Assembly: GCA_009103225.1 (NCBI GenBank)
Contig: RHPI01002204.1
Span: forward strand, 186,001 to 250,000
Origin: Chlorokybus atmophyticus
Lineage: Eukaryota; Plantae; Mesostigma and Chlorokybus algae
DNA: 64,000 bases
Direction of reading: 5' to 3'
Shown: piece after piece, positions 10,271 to 22,713 of the stretch
Numbering within the stretch: the first letter of the stretch is position 1
Layout: each line of letters starts with the position of its first letter
Program-made: the position numbers and the translations under genes
Notes under the pieces: generated by a model
What the model saw: the letters and a program-made list of their open reading frames with translations, nothing else
Told to the model about the DNA's origin: nothing
The model's database searches: none

Positions 10271-13256
10271 GTCTGCTCAGTTTGCTAGATGGACATCGAG
10301 TTGGTGGACACCGAACCGGTGTTTCAACGACAGTACCGACTCTCCAAGTTGGAAGAAGACCTGGTGGAACAGAGGTGCAAGGCTCTGCTAGATGCAGGCC
10401 TGATTGAGGAGTCCACATCGGACTTTGCGGCCGCGACCGTTATGCCCATGAAGAAGGATTTAGCAGGCAACTGGACAGACCGGCGTATGTGCGGCGACTA
10501 CCGCCCCCTCAACAACAAGACCAAACAAGACAGGTATCCAATGCCTACTGCAAAAGGTATCTTTGATGATGTAGGAGACTGTACCGTCTTCAGCATCCTG
10601 GACATGCGACAAGGGTACAACCAAATCGCCATCAAGGAGGAGGACAAGCACAAGACCTCTTTCTAGGGCAACCAGCAGCTATACCTGTGGAAGGTCATGC
10701 CCTTCGGGCTGAAAAATACTCCTGCCAAGTTCCAGCGCGTCATGGACAAAGCCTTGAAGGGGCTGGACTTTGCGCGATGTTACATAGACAACGTTCTCAT
10801 CTTCAGCCGCAACAACGAAAAGCACCTACAGCACATCGAGGAGGTGCTCGAGAGACTCAAGGGGGTGGGGATGACGGTGCACCCCGACAAGTGCACCTTC
10901 TTCACTCGCAAGGTACCCTACCTAGGGCACATGATTGTGCCCCATGGTGTGCACGTACAGCAGGCAAAGGTGGAGGCCCTGGCAGCTATCCCTGCTCCAA
11001 CGGACCTTACGCGCTTGCGCCTTTCTGAGCCTTGCCAACTACTATCGCCGATTCGTGAAGAACTTCGCAAAGATCGCGCGGCCCCTCGGCGAGCTTCTAA
11101 AGAAGGAAGTGGAGTTTGCGTTGAAGGAGCCCCAGCAGCAGGCGTTTGAGGAGCTAAAGGGCAGGCTCACCACCGCTCCCATCCTGCAACGCCCTGACTA
11201 CACCAAGCCCTTCATCCTCCGCACCGATTGGAGCAAGCTTGGGATGGGGGCTGTGCTGGTGCAGCACGATGAGAACAAGAAGGAGCGGGTGGTGTCATAC
11301 GCTAGCCAAAGCAACAACATCGCCGAGGCCAACTACAGCAACTACGAGGGGGAGTGCCTTGTTGCAGTGTGGGCTATCTTCTTCTTCAGATTTTCCTCTT
11401 CGGTCGACAGTTCCAGCTGATCACCAATCACCAGCCACAAGTGGTTGATGACCAACTAACATCTGACAAGAAAACTTGCTCGCTGGGCCCGGTTATTGCA
11501 GGAGTATGACTTTGAGATCCACCGCGCCGGCCTCCAACCAAGACGCCGATGGCCTCAGCCGCAACCCTCACCTCAGTACCAACGATGCAACAGGAGCTTG
11601 GCATGAGCTCGGCCCTGCAGCAGCAGCTCCCACCGTGGCGGCCATATTTGCTGTTGCCGCGTTACGTTCAGGGCGCCAGATTAGCACCACTGCCACCTCA
11701 ACGGCAGCGAAGATTCCTGCCCTTGAGTCTACCGGCCCGACAGGGACCGCACCTCCAAGGGGCGTCCACGCGGTCGATATTAACGTCAACGACACCGAGC
11801 TGGCACCCAATGACACCAGGCAGCACATATAGCTGGACAAGCTATCACTTTCCTTCCTTTAAAATGGCCAGCTTCCCTCCGGCATGAGTGCACAAGCATA
11901 AGATTGTGTCAATCAATGCACCCGCCACTATCGGTGGGCGGATAACAGGTTGTATCGCCGTGTCCATGACGAAGATCAGGAGGTGCCGACACAAGCCACA
12001 CGCGAGGGCATCATCACCGCCCTCCACACTGAGCTTGGACACTTTGGTGTCCAGCGTACAGTTAGCCTGGTAAGGGCAAAATATTGGTGGTATGGGCTGT
12101 CTAAACAGGTGCAGGGTTTCCTCAGTCACTGCTAACAGTGTGACATGGTACGCGCCAGCCTCAACACGCGCAGCGCTACCTTGCACCCTCTCCCCATCTC
12201 CGGTGTTTTCTACCGTTGGGGACTCGACATCTTGGGAGACTTGGCACCCTCGGCACGTGGCAACCGTTACATCCTGGTCATGATCGAGCACTTCTCCAAA
12301 CGGGTGGAGCTGGTGCCATTACCCGACAAAAGCAGCAGGGGGGTGTCTCAAGCCTTCCTCTCCCATGTCCTCAGCCGGCTCGGCAGCTGCGCTGAGGTCA
12401 TCACCAACCAAGGCACTGAGTTCAGAGGGGTGTTCGACACCCTGTTGGACAAATGCTACATCGATCATCGCCGCACTTCGCGTGACCACCCCCAAGCCGA
12501 CGGTCTCGCGGAGCGTACAGTGCAGACCATCAAGAAGGCACTCCGCAAGTACGTGCTGGAATATAAGAAGAACACCTGGGACGACCACCTTCCGTGGGTG
12601 GCCCTTGGATATCGATTGTTAAAGCAGGCGGCTCTGCGCAAGTACAGCCCATACCACCTGCTATTCGGGCGTCCGCCATTGCTTCCCTTTCGTGCACAGC
12701 AAAAAGTAGATCGTGCGGTGATCAACCTCGATAATCCCAACTGGATGCACCACGACATTACCACACATGCCGCGCAGTTCGAGCACACCGTCCCGATGGC
12801 CTTCAACAACCTACGCATCTCACAGCATCGCGTCACCCCGCGCTACGAGCGCGTGCGAAGCGGCTTCTACAAGGAGCACCAATGGTGGTTTTAGCAGGGG
12901 ACTTTGCCTACCGCATGGCAGCCACTGAAGACATGCTCGACACCTTCGTGGGCCGCATTGTCTACAAGGAACTCAAGGTGTACCCCACAGGAGTGCTGGA
13001 CCTCCTCGATCAAAACGGCGAGAGGTTGAAAGACAACATGGTGAAGTGCGCGCCATGCCACCTCCCTTACATATCTGGCTTTGCGCGCATCCAGCACCCT
13101 TGCCCCGCCCGCAGCACACGCTGTGAACGCTGCAGCAGCGCCGGCGACGACACATTCATGATGCTCTGCGATGGCTGTAACAAGGGCCCGCATTGCTACT
13201 GCCTGGAGCCCCCATTGGACGCGAAACCAATGGAGGAATACTGGTGCGACGATTGC
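10271..13256 (+). pseudogene. Gypsy pol: reverse transcriptase, RNase H, integrase (HHCC + core), C-terminal PHD finger
   Basis: RT 'RMCGDYRPLN...ILDMRQGYNQI...MPFGLKN...CYIDNVLIF' (YIDD>YIDN) and RNase H 'FILRTDWS...EGECLVAVWAI'. Integrase 'LHTELGHFG...YWWYG', 'RWGLDILG...TNQGTEF...PQADGLAERTVQTIK'. Several stops and frameshifts. Confidence 0.92.
13122..13256 (+). other. PHD finger domain (C4HC3) at the C-terminus of the Gypsy pol
   Basis: CERC-x11-CDGC-x4-HCYC-x14-WCDDC with the 'MMLCD' and 'LEPPL' PHD consensus. Confidence 0.9.
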
Positions 13257-13338
13257 CGCACCAACGGTCCGCCTCACATGCATGATGCATTAGCAACTGA
13301 ACTCTGGAGTGAGAACCTCCCCAGAAGCGCAGGAAGGG

Positions 13339-13578
13339 GTGGCTTGTTGACTGTGTGTCCTACAGCACAGCATGTACGTTAAGGAGGACACCGCCTCCAC
13401 ATATCCGTGTTATTCAGCGACAGCAGAGCAGCTCCACCAAGCACTCCTCGCCATACAAGCTGGGTTAAATTTTACTTTTGCTACGTGTTACAACATGTTG
13501 CAGCAACAGGGCTGGCAAGCATGTCTTTCCCCGCAGCGGCTCGAGACAGCGTGACCCTCGACTCTCCTCGACCCGACA
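13339..13578 (+). repeat. About 240-bp direct repeat, copy 1 (LTR-like core TGTTG...CGACA at 13345-13578)
   Basis: Close match to 14172-14411. Preceded by purine-rich AGGAAGGGG (possible PPT of the DNMT-Gypsy element). Confidence 0.7.
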
Positions 13579-14171
13579 GCTGTCATGCCTATTGCCCGCG
13601 CATACCAGCCTTCATCGAGCATGCCTACATTGAAACCATCGCCCGGCCTACAAGCATACCAACGCGCGCGCGTCACTGACCAGTAGCTAGATCATGACGC
13701 TAGAGTAGCTCACGACCATAGCCTACATAGGCACCGCGCGTAGCTGTTCAGTTGTGAGTTCAGCTATAAGGTGTGTTCTATATCGAGTGGTGATTGCTGT
13801 GGAAATAGCCTCAATATGACCGTTAGCTTATGTTCTAAACAATGATGATTTAACTTGTATATAAGTAGTCACGGTGTTCACCGAATCAGCTGGTGATACT
13901 GTGAGTGAGAAAGCTAAGAGCTTGTAAAGCGACTTGAATTGCGAACACGCCATCCCGATTATCAAGAAACCCCTCACTGTGTGAGAGCCTGTGCATGCTC
14001 GTGTGCATCGTGCTTGTCATTGCTGTGAGCTTGGTGTGCGTTGTTGTAGTGTGTTTGTTGGCATCAGTTAAGGCATAGTATCCACGTGTTGCTTGCTCAT
14101 TCACATCACTTAACAGTGTAACACATTTTCCGCTCATGCGAAGAACTGTGTAAACAGCACTACCTATAGTA

Positions 14172-14411
14172 GTGGCTTGTTGACTGTGTGTCCTACATCA
14201 CAGCATGTACGTTGAGGAGGACACCGCCTCCACATATCCGTGTTATTTAGCGACAGTGGAGCAGCTCCACCAAGCACCCCTCGCCATACAAGCTGGGTTG
14301 TCTTTTACTTTTGCTATGTGTTACAACATGTTGCAGCAACAGGGCTGGCAAGCATGTCTTTCGCCGCAGCAGCCCGAGACAACGTGACCCTCGACTCTCC
14401 TCGACCCGACA
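14172..14411 (+). repeat. About 240-bp direct repeat, copy 2
   Basis: Aligns to 13339-13578 with scattered substitutions. Confidence 0.7.
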
Positions 14412-14459
14412 CAGTGCATGCTGCACCATTGTTAATTTGACCTCAACCTCACGGCCGTG

Positions 14460-15550
14460 TACTTTTGCTTAAGACCACGTTGCAGTCAAGTTTCCAAGCT
14501 TACACGCCGGTGTTGCAATTCCCACAACCACTTGCACTACTTCCTGTCCTTTCTTTTTCTCAAAAGCTTCAACATCACATTGTATGGGGCACTGCCCCGG
14601 GCTGAGTCTTACCGAGTCTTGCAACATGTGGGTCACGCTCACACTTGCATCCAAGCTGCCCAAATCAATGTTGCACCTTTCAACTCTCCCATTGACGTCG
14701 TGCACATGTGTCGTTGGTTTCATCTTGCTTGTCATACTCATTTACCACTTCCCTTCACACTCAACACTTCACATTCAACCTCCTCATTACACTCAGTGTC
14801 GTCATTATTGAAGAAGTCCACTTGCATTGCAGGCTTCGAAGCTTCACGCTTGGGCTGTCCGGGACATGCTCGTACCATATGCCCCTCCTCCCCACATGCA
14901 TAACATCTCCTTTGCAACCTCTCTTTTTGCTGGTCCTGAGCTTGTTGCAACAGGTGCCTTTCATCTTACTCACCACCCCACTTCGCGTCGTTCGTATTGG
15001 GCGATGTGCACATTCGCAACCTTTTCTACCAACTCCGACTATTGCAACAACAAAGCCAATTGCTTGCTCAATCCCTCCTCACCTGCATGGGTCAATTCTT
15101 TCGTGTTGTGCATCATTCCCTCAAAATGTATAGCTCAATCTCAGCCTCTTTCTGTGTGGTTGGCTTGCGGGCTAATACCTTTTCACGAATATGCGACAAA
15201 AGACTTTGCATGAAGCTGTCCTTCCTCAATGCCTCAAGGAATAACTCCCTTCCTCCCAACCTCTCCATGAGTTGGTGAAAGTCATCCGCATAAGTGCGCA
15301 CACTTTCATGCTTGCCTTGTTTTCTCTCCCTCAGCTTGGACCATGTTATTACCATGTGTTGGTGATACTACCTTTAAGCTTGACTCGCAAGATGCATACT
15401 CGCCAACTTGAACGTGATAACTGCATCCCACTCGTATGTGTCAGCCATCAACTCAACATGTCTAATCCATGTCAGCACATTCTCCTTCTCTCGTCCCTCA
15501 AAAGTACACAAGTTCGGGGAGGGAATTTTTGATATTGTAATTCCTGCCAT
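14460..15550 (-). pseudogene. Second Ty3/Gypsy remnant: gag (capsid-like + CCHC knuckle) and degenerate aspartic protease
   Basis: 'FEGREKENVLTWIRHVE', 'KQGKHESVRTYADDF...DSFMQSLLSHIREKV', knuckle 'CYACGEEGHMVRAC' and protease-like 'VNGRVERCNIDLGS'. Broken by frameshifts and truncated before RT. Confidence 0.8.
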
Positions 15551-17402
15551 GTTGTGGCCTTGATTGCCGGGATGCTCCACAGGTGGGACCACTTTGTCCG
15601 CTGAGGCCACCTCACTGATACTCAGCAATGCGTCAGCGGCGTGAAAGGCTGCTTATCCCGCTCGCGCAACATGAGCCGTGGTGCACAATCACAAAGTCCC
15701 CTCCGAGCTTTATGTAAAAAACCCTCAGATTACGTGAGGTACTCCTCAATGAGTCCTCACACCAACTTCATAATTCATTCATATTCCTCACAGCAACCAC
15801 TCATATGGACTGTATTTGCCATCACAACTGCAATCACAATTGCAATTCCTTAATAGTTCAACCCCATCATTGAAATCACATTTGCAATCCCTTGAATTGT
15901 ATGTTGCTCCGATTCCGGGCCGGTCACGCCGTTTGCGAAACATGCAGTTTTGAGCGTTCACTCATAACTGAAACACAATCAATTACTAACAATCATCCTC
16001 AGTTACATTACTGCTGGCATGTATAATGTGGATACCATAACAAGCTAAGACTGACGCTTATATATTGCGCGGACTGATCATAAGCTGATTAAAATTGCCT
16101 ACTAAATTGCCTGCTTAACCGTAGCTAAGCAATGTAACAAGCGTTTCGCCGTAATACCTTTTTGTCTATTGGGTCAATTACAGCTTATAAGCACCGCGAC
16201 AACTGGTCTTCTCCGGTAACACAACCGACCGATAACAGCGCTGACGTGTGTACAGTACAAGTAGTACGGCGGCTACTCAATCGCATAAGTACGCCGCAAC
16301 ATACCACACAACCTACGCGCTACAGTGTTAACGCACTATAACTCGCTATGCTACTGGCCCCGAGTGTAGGAGGCGTGTGAGCAGACAGAGGACGCCCCGC
16401 ACAAGAAGCGCATTGGTTGTGCGCCTCAATGTAACAAGTGACGGCACGTGTCGCGCCGCTGAGAGTCAGCGGCCACTGCTAGGATTATGGTGTTGCTGAG
16501 ATGACAGTGAGGTCGCCGCCAGAGTCGGCGAGGCGGAGGGGCGAGCCTGCTGTAGAGTTTTGAATTCCCACCCAATTCAGGTGAACGCGCTTGCGATCGG
16601 GATCAAGACTGCTCGAAAATGCTGCCGCGTCTTCAATATGATCGACGCGTCAGCTTTACCCCGTTGCTCATGCTGTCATCACCGTTCGATTGGGTCACAG
16701 CGTCACGCTAAGGGTGGGCGCAGTCACTGCATTAAGGGAACAATGCACGCAGAGGACGTGCATGCATCATTAGAACTATTGATAGCCCAACCTACAGAAA
16801 GCAGGCGGCTCCTGCTACAATGCTTAAAGGGTTTGTAACAAGAAGTGAGGGATGCGCGAGTTCAAGAGCGCGTTTACAATGGCGTGCTTAGCGCAAAATA
16901 CAGGGACAAAATATGACTTTTACGATCGTCTCGAATTTACACCGGTACACCGAGTGGTACAAAACCCTTATATCGTAATTGTATTTGCAAAGGTGCCCCC
17001 GAGGTGTTTTGCGATTGTATTTTGGAGTCGCTCCGTCCTCGACCAATAAGAAAGCTGCCACGCATACCACGTGGCAAGCGTCGGGAAAGTTTAAACTATG
17101 TTTGCGGCAATTCAACCGTCCTGGTTGCTGGCGTTGTTGTCGTCATTGAGGGTAGCAACGGCGGCGGCGGCGGCGGCAGTGGTGGTAGTAAGGGAGTGGA
17201 AAAGATGGGGGAGCCTTCGCCGCAGCTTGCCAACCAAAGTTAGCAGCCTCAGGGGCTGTGGCATGCGAGCTCGGCGGCAATGTTGCAATCGCCCATGGTC
17301 ATCAACCAGCTTTTGGCTGCATTCCTAGCGCTCATGGGTGGGGGCATGGGAACTGAGAATGTGAGGTTGTCCTTAAGGGGGGGGGGGGGGGGGGGGGGGG
17401 GG

Positions 17403-17601
17403 NNNNNNNNNNNNNNNNNNNNNNNNNNNNNNNNNNNNNNNNNNNNNNNNNNNNNNNNNNNNNNNNNNNNNNNNNNNNNNNNNNNNNNNNNNNNNNNNNN
17501 NNNNNNNNNNNNNNNNNNNNNNNNNNNNNNNNNNNNNNNNNNNNNNNNNNNNNNNNNNNNNNNNNNNNNNNNNNNNNNNNNNNNNNNNNNNNNNNNNNNN
17601 N
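17403..17601. other. Assembly gap (199 N) flanked by poly-G
   Basis: N run in the sequence. Confidence 1.
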
Positions 17602-17619
17602 NGGGGGTATGGTACAGGT

Positions 17620-19748
17620 TTGCATGGTTTGGCAGGAGGTTTCATGCCCATGGGGGGACACCATGCCCCCAACATGAACATTCATATGTTAGGGGGTGTT
17701 GGGGGCGGGTTGCCATACACACCTGCGGCTGCCGCTAGCAGCAGCCCTAACCCTACACAAAGGCCACCGTCTTGCCCTCCTTCTGCGAGTTCAACTGGTA
17801 GGACGCCTCCAACGACCCAAAGTGCGGGCGAGAAACCTCTACAAGAAGTAAGCCCGTAGAATGTCACTGCTGTAAGTGTGATAAGGGTGTACTGTGCAAG
17901 TCATGCGTGCACTTGTATGCTCAGCAAGTCAGCATTTTGCATGTTCAAAGTGAGCAGCAGCTGGTGCACAAGCCAGCACACAAGTGCACGCATATGTAGG
18001 CCCAAGTGTAATCGTAGAGCACATGACAACTGTGCACCACGCAGCCAGTGTGTGCTCGCTGAGCTAGGTGCACATCTTACAGGAATGCATGTTCATACTG
18101 AGCACAAGGTGTTGCACAGTACAGCCACTGTGTGCACGCATTGGCAGGTACTAATCTGATGCATCAGGACCAGCACAACAGTATGCTGAGAGTTGCACAC
18201 TTCACACACGGTTTTAGAAGCATCTCTGATAGGAATGCATGTGCAAACTGGGCACAAAGTGTTGCACAGCACAGCCATGTGTGCACGCGTTGGTAGGTAC
18301 CAACCTCATGCATCAGGACAAGCACAACAGTATGCTGAGAGATGCACAGTTCACATACAGTTTAGGATAAGTGTGCGAACTCAACCACCAGCACGCTCAT
18401 ACATACTTGTTTGTGCAGAAGGACGAAGAGGATAAAGAGGGCGTCAACAAGGATACTGTCAGCTCACCAACTAAGGGTGCCAAAGGTGGCAAGACAACAA
18501 AGAAGACAACAAAGACGAAAAGTGGCGCAGGTGCAAAGGCTCCCAAAGCACATTGGGATGAGTACAAGACACGGTTGTTGTTGAGCATTCAAACTACCAT
18601 GGACAAGCAGGTGCTTATTGTAGGGCGTGAGAGCTAGCACTTGGCTGAACAGTCTAGTCTCCGGCATGCATGCAGGCATGCCACAGCAATTTATCATTGA
18701 CACACGCTTATGCAGGTCAATGAGTCCACCATCGCTAGCTTCATTCGCGAGAAGAAGCTAACAATTGGCCAAGCATATTGGGCTGTCGTCGCTCAACACA
18801 TGTGAACTCAATCCAATGTTGTATGGAAGTTTACTGGCAAGCAATGCGCTGCGCGCATGAATGTGTGCAAGGACATATTCAGGGTATAAATGCTGCTATG
18901 TTTCGTGCGTGTTGAGGGTTGTGCCTAGTCCCTTTGCTAACAACCTATGTGCATGCTTGCCTGCTGGCAGAAAATTCGCGACCTCAGCAGAACCTCCGGG
19001 CAGGTGTACTTGGAAACACGCAACCTTAACTATATTGAGCTGCCCCGGGCGGAGCCTGGGGAGATGGAGGAGCTGCGAGAGCTTCTGCGCAAGCACTTGC
19101 CCATTTGTAGGCTAATGGAAAAGTTCAGTTTTTAAACTGATAGTGAGAAGGCACCAGAGTTCTTGTCCTCCACCAATGACCCATAGTCTTTTGTGACGAC
19201 CTTGAAGACTGCTGCATCCGCAAAGCGTCGTCGACAAGATGATGACAGTGTTGAGGGGGAAGGTGGACATGCAGCCAGCGATGTAGACGAGGATGAGGAC
19301 AAGTAATGCTGCGTGTGTGGGCATGCGAACATGCTATTTACTCATAAAACATTTGCACGTCAGTGCGGCGCGTCGTGCCAACCTTGAGGAGGCAATGGCG
19401 AAGAAAAAGCAAGCGCAAGAAGGCAACCACGCCAGCAAGAAGGCCAACATGTTTTAGACCCACATGAAGACCGCCCTGAAGCAGAGCAACAAGGCATACG
19501 ACAGCTTACAGTTGGCCTTCAAACATGCCAATGACAAGCGCACTGCAGCATGCTCACAGACGATGGACAGGCTTGAGCAGTTGGAGGTGCGCATGCGTAA
19601 GGAGCAGGAGCAGCGAGCATTGGACACAAAACGGATAGCTGCATTGGATGCAGCGCATGCTCTAAAGCACGAGGAGAGACAACGTGCACGCGATGCACAA
19701 GCTGACAAGGTCACAAACATCATCATCGCTCTGCTAGCCAAAGAGTAG
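17620..19748 (+). pseudogene. Harbinger Myb/SANT(trihelix)-like accessory gene, multi-exon, degenerate
   Basis: Exons with 'HWDEYKTRLLLSI', 'YWAVVAQHM*...FTGKQCAARMN|VCKDIFR|KIRD' (trihelix/Myb_DNA-bind_4-like) and a C-terminal coiled coil. In-frame stops present. The start is uncertain because of the gap. Confidence 0.7.
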
Positions 19749-20183
19749 ACAGTCAGCACGTCATGATCATTGATGCATTGAAGATGGTATGCGCGTACGC
19801 ACGCGTGCGACATGCATATACAGTAGAGAGTAACACATTTTTTATAACTGTTGCCTGGTGTTGCTACTGATTGCATGCGCGCACATACATGTGCACAAGC
19901 TGTATCGCTTGCTGCATGCATGTAGTGTGAGTAACCATTTGCAGGGCTTTGCCTTGTAGGTTGCATAGCATAGAGACTTTGTCAATTGCAGCTGCAAAGC
20001 AAGCATGTCAATTCATGCCACCACACTACACCAAGTGAATCCACCCCTCTTGCAGGGCTAAGGCAATGCGGTCGCGTGTGCCGTTGTTCGTTGCTGTTAT
20101 TTCGGTTCTCACCACGCCGGTGTTGCGTTGCGTCCTTAACAGCTCTTGCCATGCACGGTAGCCAACATCATCGTTGAAGGGGA

Positions 20184-21381
20184 TCAACTCCTCGTCACCC
20201 CACACAACTTCATATTGACTTCATATTGATTACCCTCTGCTTCACACATGTTGTACAACACAGCTAGTGCATTGATGGCAGCAACCGCATGAGGAATGTT
20301 CATCTGCACGCCGATGCGCAAAGCCTTGAAACGCCATTTCCACCGACCAAATGCTGATTCAATGCTCATGCGCAAAGAGGATTGCACCTTGTTGTACACC
20401 CGTTGCCTGCTGCTGAGCTGACCATTATCGGAATAGGGTAACAAAATGAAGTTGGTCTGCATGTAGCCACCATCAGCCAGCAAGTAGTAACCTGGGTTCT
20501 GCAAGCACCCCGAATATGTGGCCTTCTTATAGATGGGACAATTGCGGTAGACACGGTTGTCGTGAGCTGAACCATGCCACCCTCCATATACATGGGTAAA
20601 GCGTCCGCAATCATCAGAAATGGCTAGCGTATTCAGAGATGCAAACCCCTTACGGCAGAAATGTTGCTGCTGTGCCAAGCGAGTAGCCGGTGTCATGATA
20701 GGGATGTGGGTCCCATCAATAGCGCCCACAACTCCAGGGAAATTGAAGCCATCTCTGAAGCGAAAGCTTTGCTCGATTCGACGACGCTCGTGCATGCCCT
20801 CCTCATTGACGCCAGGAACCCTACACACATGTGCAACTTAAGCCAACATAGCACATCACACATGTGCACACACGCACGCGCGCACGCGCACACACCAACT
20901 TGCACATGCTATCTTACCTCAAATATTGTGGTCCCAAACGCGTGGCAATAGCATAGCACATGTCGGAAGTCACCGTGCAGATAAGAGAGTCCGAGTATCC
21001 TGTTGGCTGACTGATAGCTTATAGTGACATGCCTTGCGCGAAACGCCACATGACCATGCCGAACCGCTTGCGCACCGACACGGCATCGCGGCGGTTGGTG
21101 TGCTCCTAAATGATCTCTGGACCAATAGCTTCGCAAATCTTTTCACATGTTTCTCTAGAAACACGCATCTGCTGCTTGAACTCCCGATCAGACCAATTAC
21201 TAACATTCACTCTCCACCAGTCAACAATCCTGCTTAACGTCCAGAACCACCTTCTCACACTCATCCCCACTGACATTAAATCAAACAAGGTCTCTCGCAT
21301 TGCATTGGCGTAGTCAGCAGCATGTTCAACCTGCCTCTGCCTACTCAACTCATCAATACCAATCGCCAACACTAGCTGCAT
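20184..21381 (-). pseudogene. Harbinger DDE transposase (DDE_Tnp_4-like), one intron near 20820-20905
   Basis: 'FKQQMRVSRET', 'FPGVVGAIDGTHIPI', 'GWHGSAHDNRVY', 'YLLADGGY', 'YNKVQSSLRMSIESAFGRWKWRF'. Stops in the 5' exon. Confidence 0.92.
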
Positions 21382-22713
21382 GTGCTGCTCATGCCGAAGC
21401 TCGGACGCCCACCAATGGAATCCTTAAGTGCTTGTGATTCAAATGTAGGCGAATATAGACATCATCAACAATAGCAGGACCAGCAAGATGCGCCTCCTGC
21501 GTGCGTCCATCTGCAGCGACCACAAGTGCATGCGTTTGTTCGTTACAACGCCCACTGCATGCTCAAAAACGTTGGTTGCACGTTGGTTGTAGTATGCGGA
21601 AACTCATCGTGGAGCAGCCTGCAGCTAATCAACGCAACCGCCCCCTATCCAGCATCACCAGCCGCCTCAAGCCCACCTCATGGCCGCCGCCGCCGCCGCC
21701 CACCAACACCACCGACCAGCGTCACAGCGTCACAGGCGCGACGTGTCATTTCCCGCGGCGAGTCACGCGAGAAAGAGTTTGAGGCGTCACGCCTGTGACA
21801 CGTACGAAATACGCCGGTATAAACTGGAGGGGTCCTTATTTTGCCCAAAAAGACCGAACCTACGCGTATTTTGCGCAATTATACAAGATTTCAAGGCACG
21901 CCGGTGTAACCGCGCTCTAAGTGTATGCCGGCAGCAAGCTGCTCCCCACACGTGGGGTACCGCATCTACTTGTACTCACCAGTTCTTTAACGCTGTACAC
22001 TAGCTGCCAACATATAGAGGCGTTGGTAGGACACGCCGTACTGCTCTCCCTGCATCCTACATCTTGCCACAGAGCTTAGCCAGCAAAGGATCTATGGCGT
22101 AAATCGCAAATGATTGCATGTCTCGCAATCACGGCACCAATTATCTCACGAAATGCTCACGCAAAGTACAAATGCATGCAAACCGCACAGATTGTGAATT
22201 GTGGTATGTGTTGGATGGTGTACAGTTGAGTAGGGTGGTAGTTACGTATGGTGGCAGCACGATCAACTAGCGGTGCGGCTGATTGGGCGTGTGACTGGGC
22301 CGGCCGGCATAGTGCACCAAGACACATCACACGCGCACCACGCACAACGGCCCAGTCACATACGGCACCCGCGCCTGCCGGGCTGCGCGGCCTGCCTGCC
22401 TCTCATTGGTTAGGCGGCAATAGGTATCGGCCGTTCGATCTGTCACAACAAATCTCGCTGAATGATACGCGACGCGCGGCATTGCAGCACAGCATATGGC
22501 GTCACTTGATCAAATATCGTATGATGTGCTAGCATACGACATCATATGTCGCGATATGCTCAACAGCGTATGTTGGATATCACACATATGGTATCCTGCG
22601 TGGAATGCGCTTCAGTTCAGGTCAATCAAACATGATTTTCGGTTCCGTCATAGTAATTGAGGTTATCCATCACATTTTAACTGAACTCTGCCAACAAGAA
22701 ATTTACGACATGC

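Larger units (their letters stand above)
1..13338 (+). mobile_element. Decayed Ty3/Gypsy LTR retrotransposon with DNMT-RT-RNaseH-integrase-PHD pol, interrupted by the Copia insertion at 843-10270
   Basis: Removing 843-10275 (Copia plus one TSD copy) rejoins ORF 382-828 in the same frame as the RT ORF at 10289: ...EQLEALLNKWRSSALA*RKG|VCSVC*MDIELVDTEPVFQRQYRLS..., a typical pre-RT Gypsy segment. Domain order RT-RH-IN is Gypsy-type. The 5' end is outside the window. Confidence 0.8.
16866..21917. mobile_element. PIF/Harbinger DNA transposon, full-length (about 5 kb) but decayed
   Basis: 22-bp TIRs GAGCGCGTTTACAATGGCGTGC and reverse complement GAGCGCGGTTACACCGGCGTGC (19/22), flanked by CAA and TAA (TAA TSD with one mismatch). 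Contains a Myb-like gene (+) and a DDE transposase (-) in convergent orientation. Confidence 0.88.

Noticed and set aside
15900-15930. tRNA T-arm/B-box-like string GCTCCGATTCCGGGCCGGTCA
   Set aside because: There is no A-box, D-arm or acceptor-stem partner upstream, so a tRNA or SINE cannot be supported.
18076-18341. About 115-bp imperfect repeat pair with about 150-bp period
   Set aside because: It is an ordinary local tandem duplication in an intron of the Harbinger Myb-like gene.
21990-22030. Possible Helitron 3' end (CTAG plus weak CCAAC/GTTGG hairpin)
   Set aside because: The stem is too short and no matching 5' terminus or ATIR could be found, so boundaries are left undefined.
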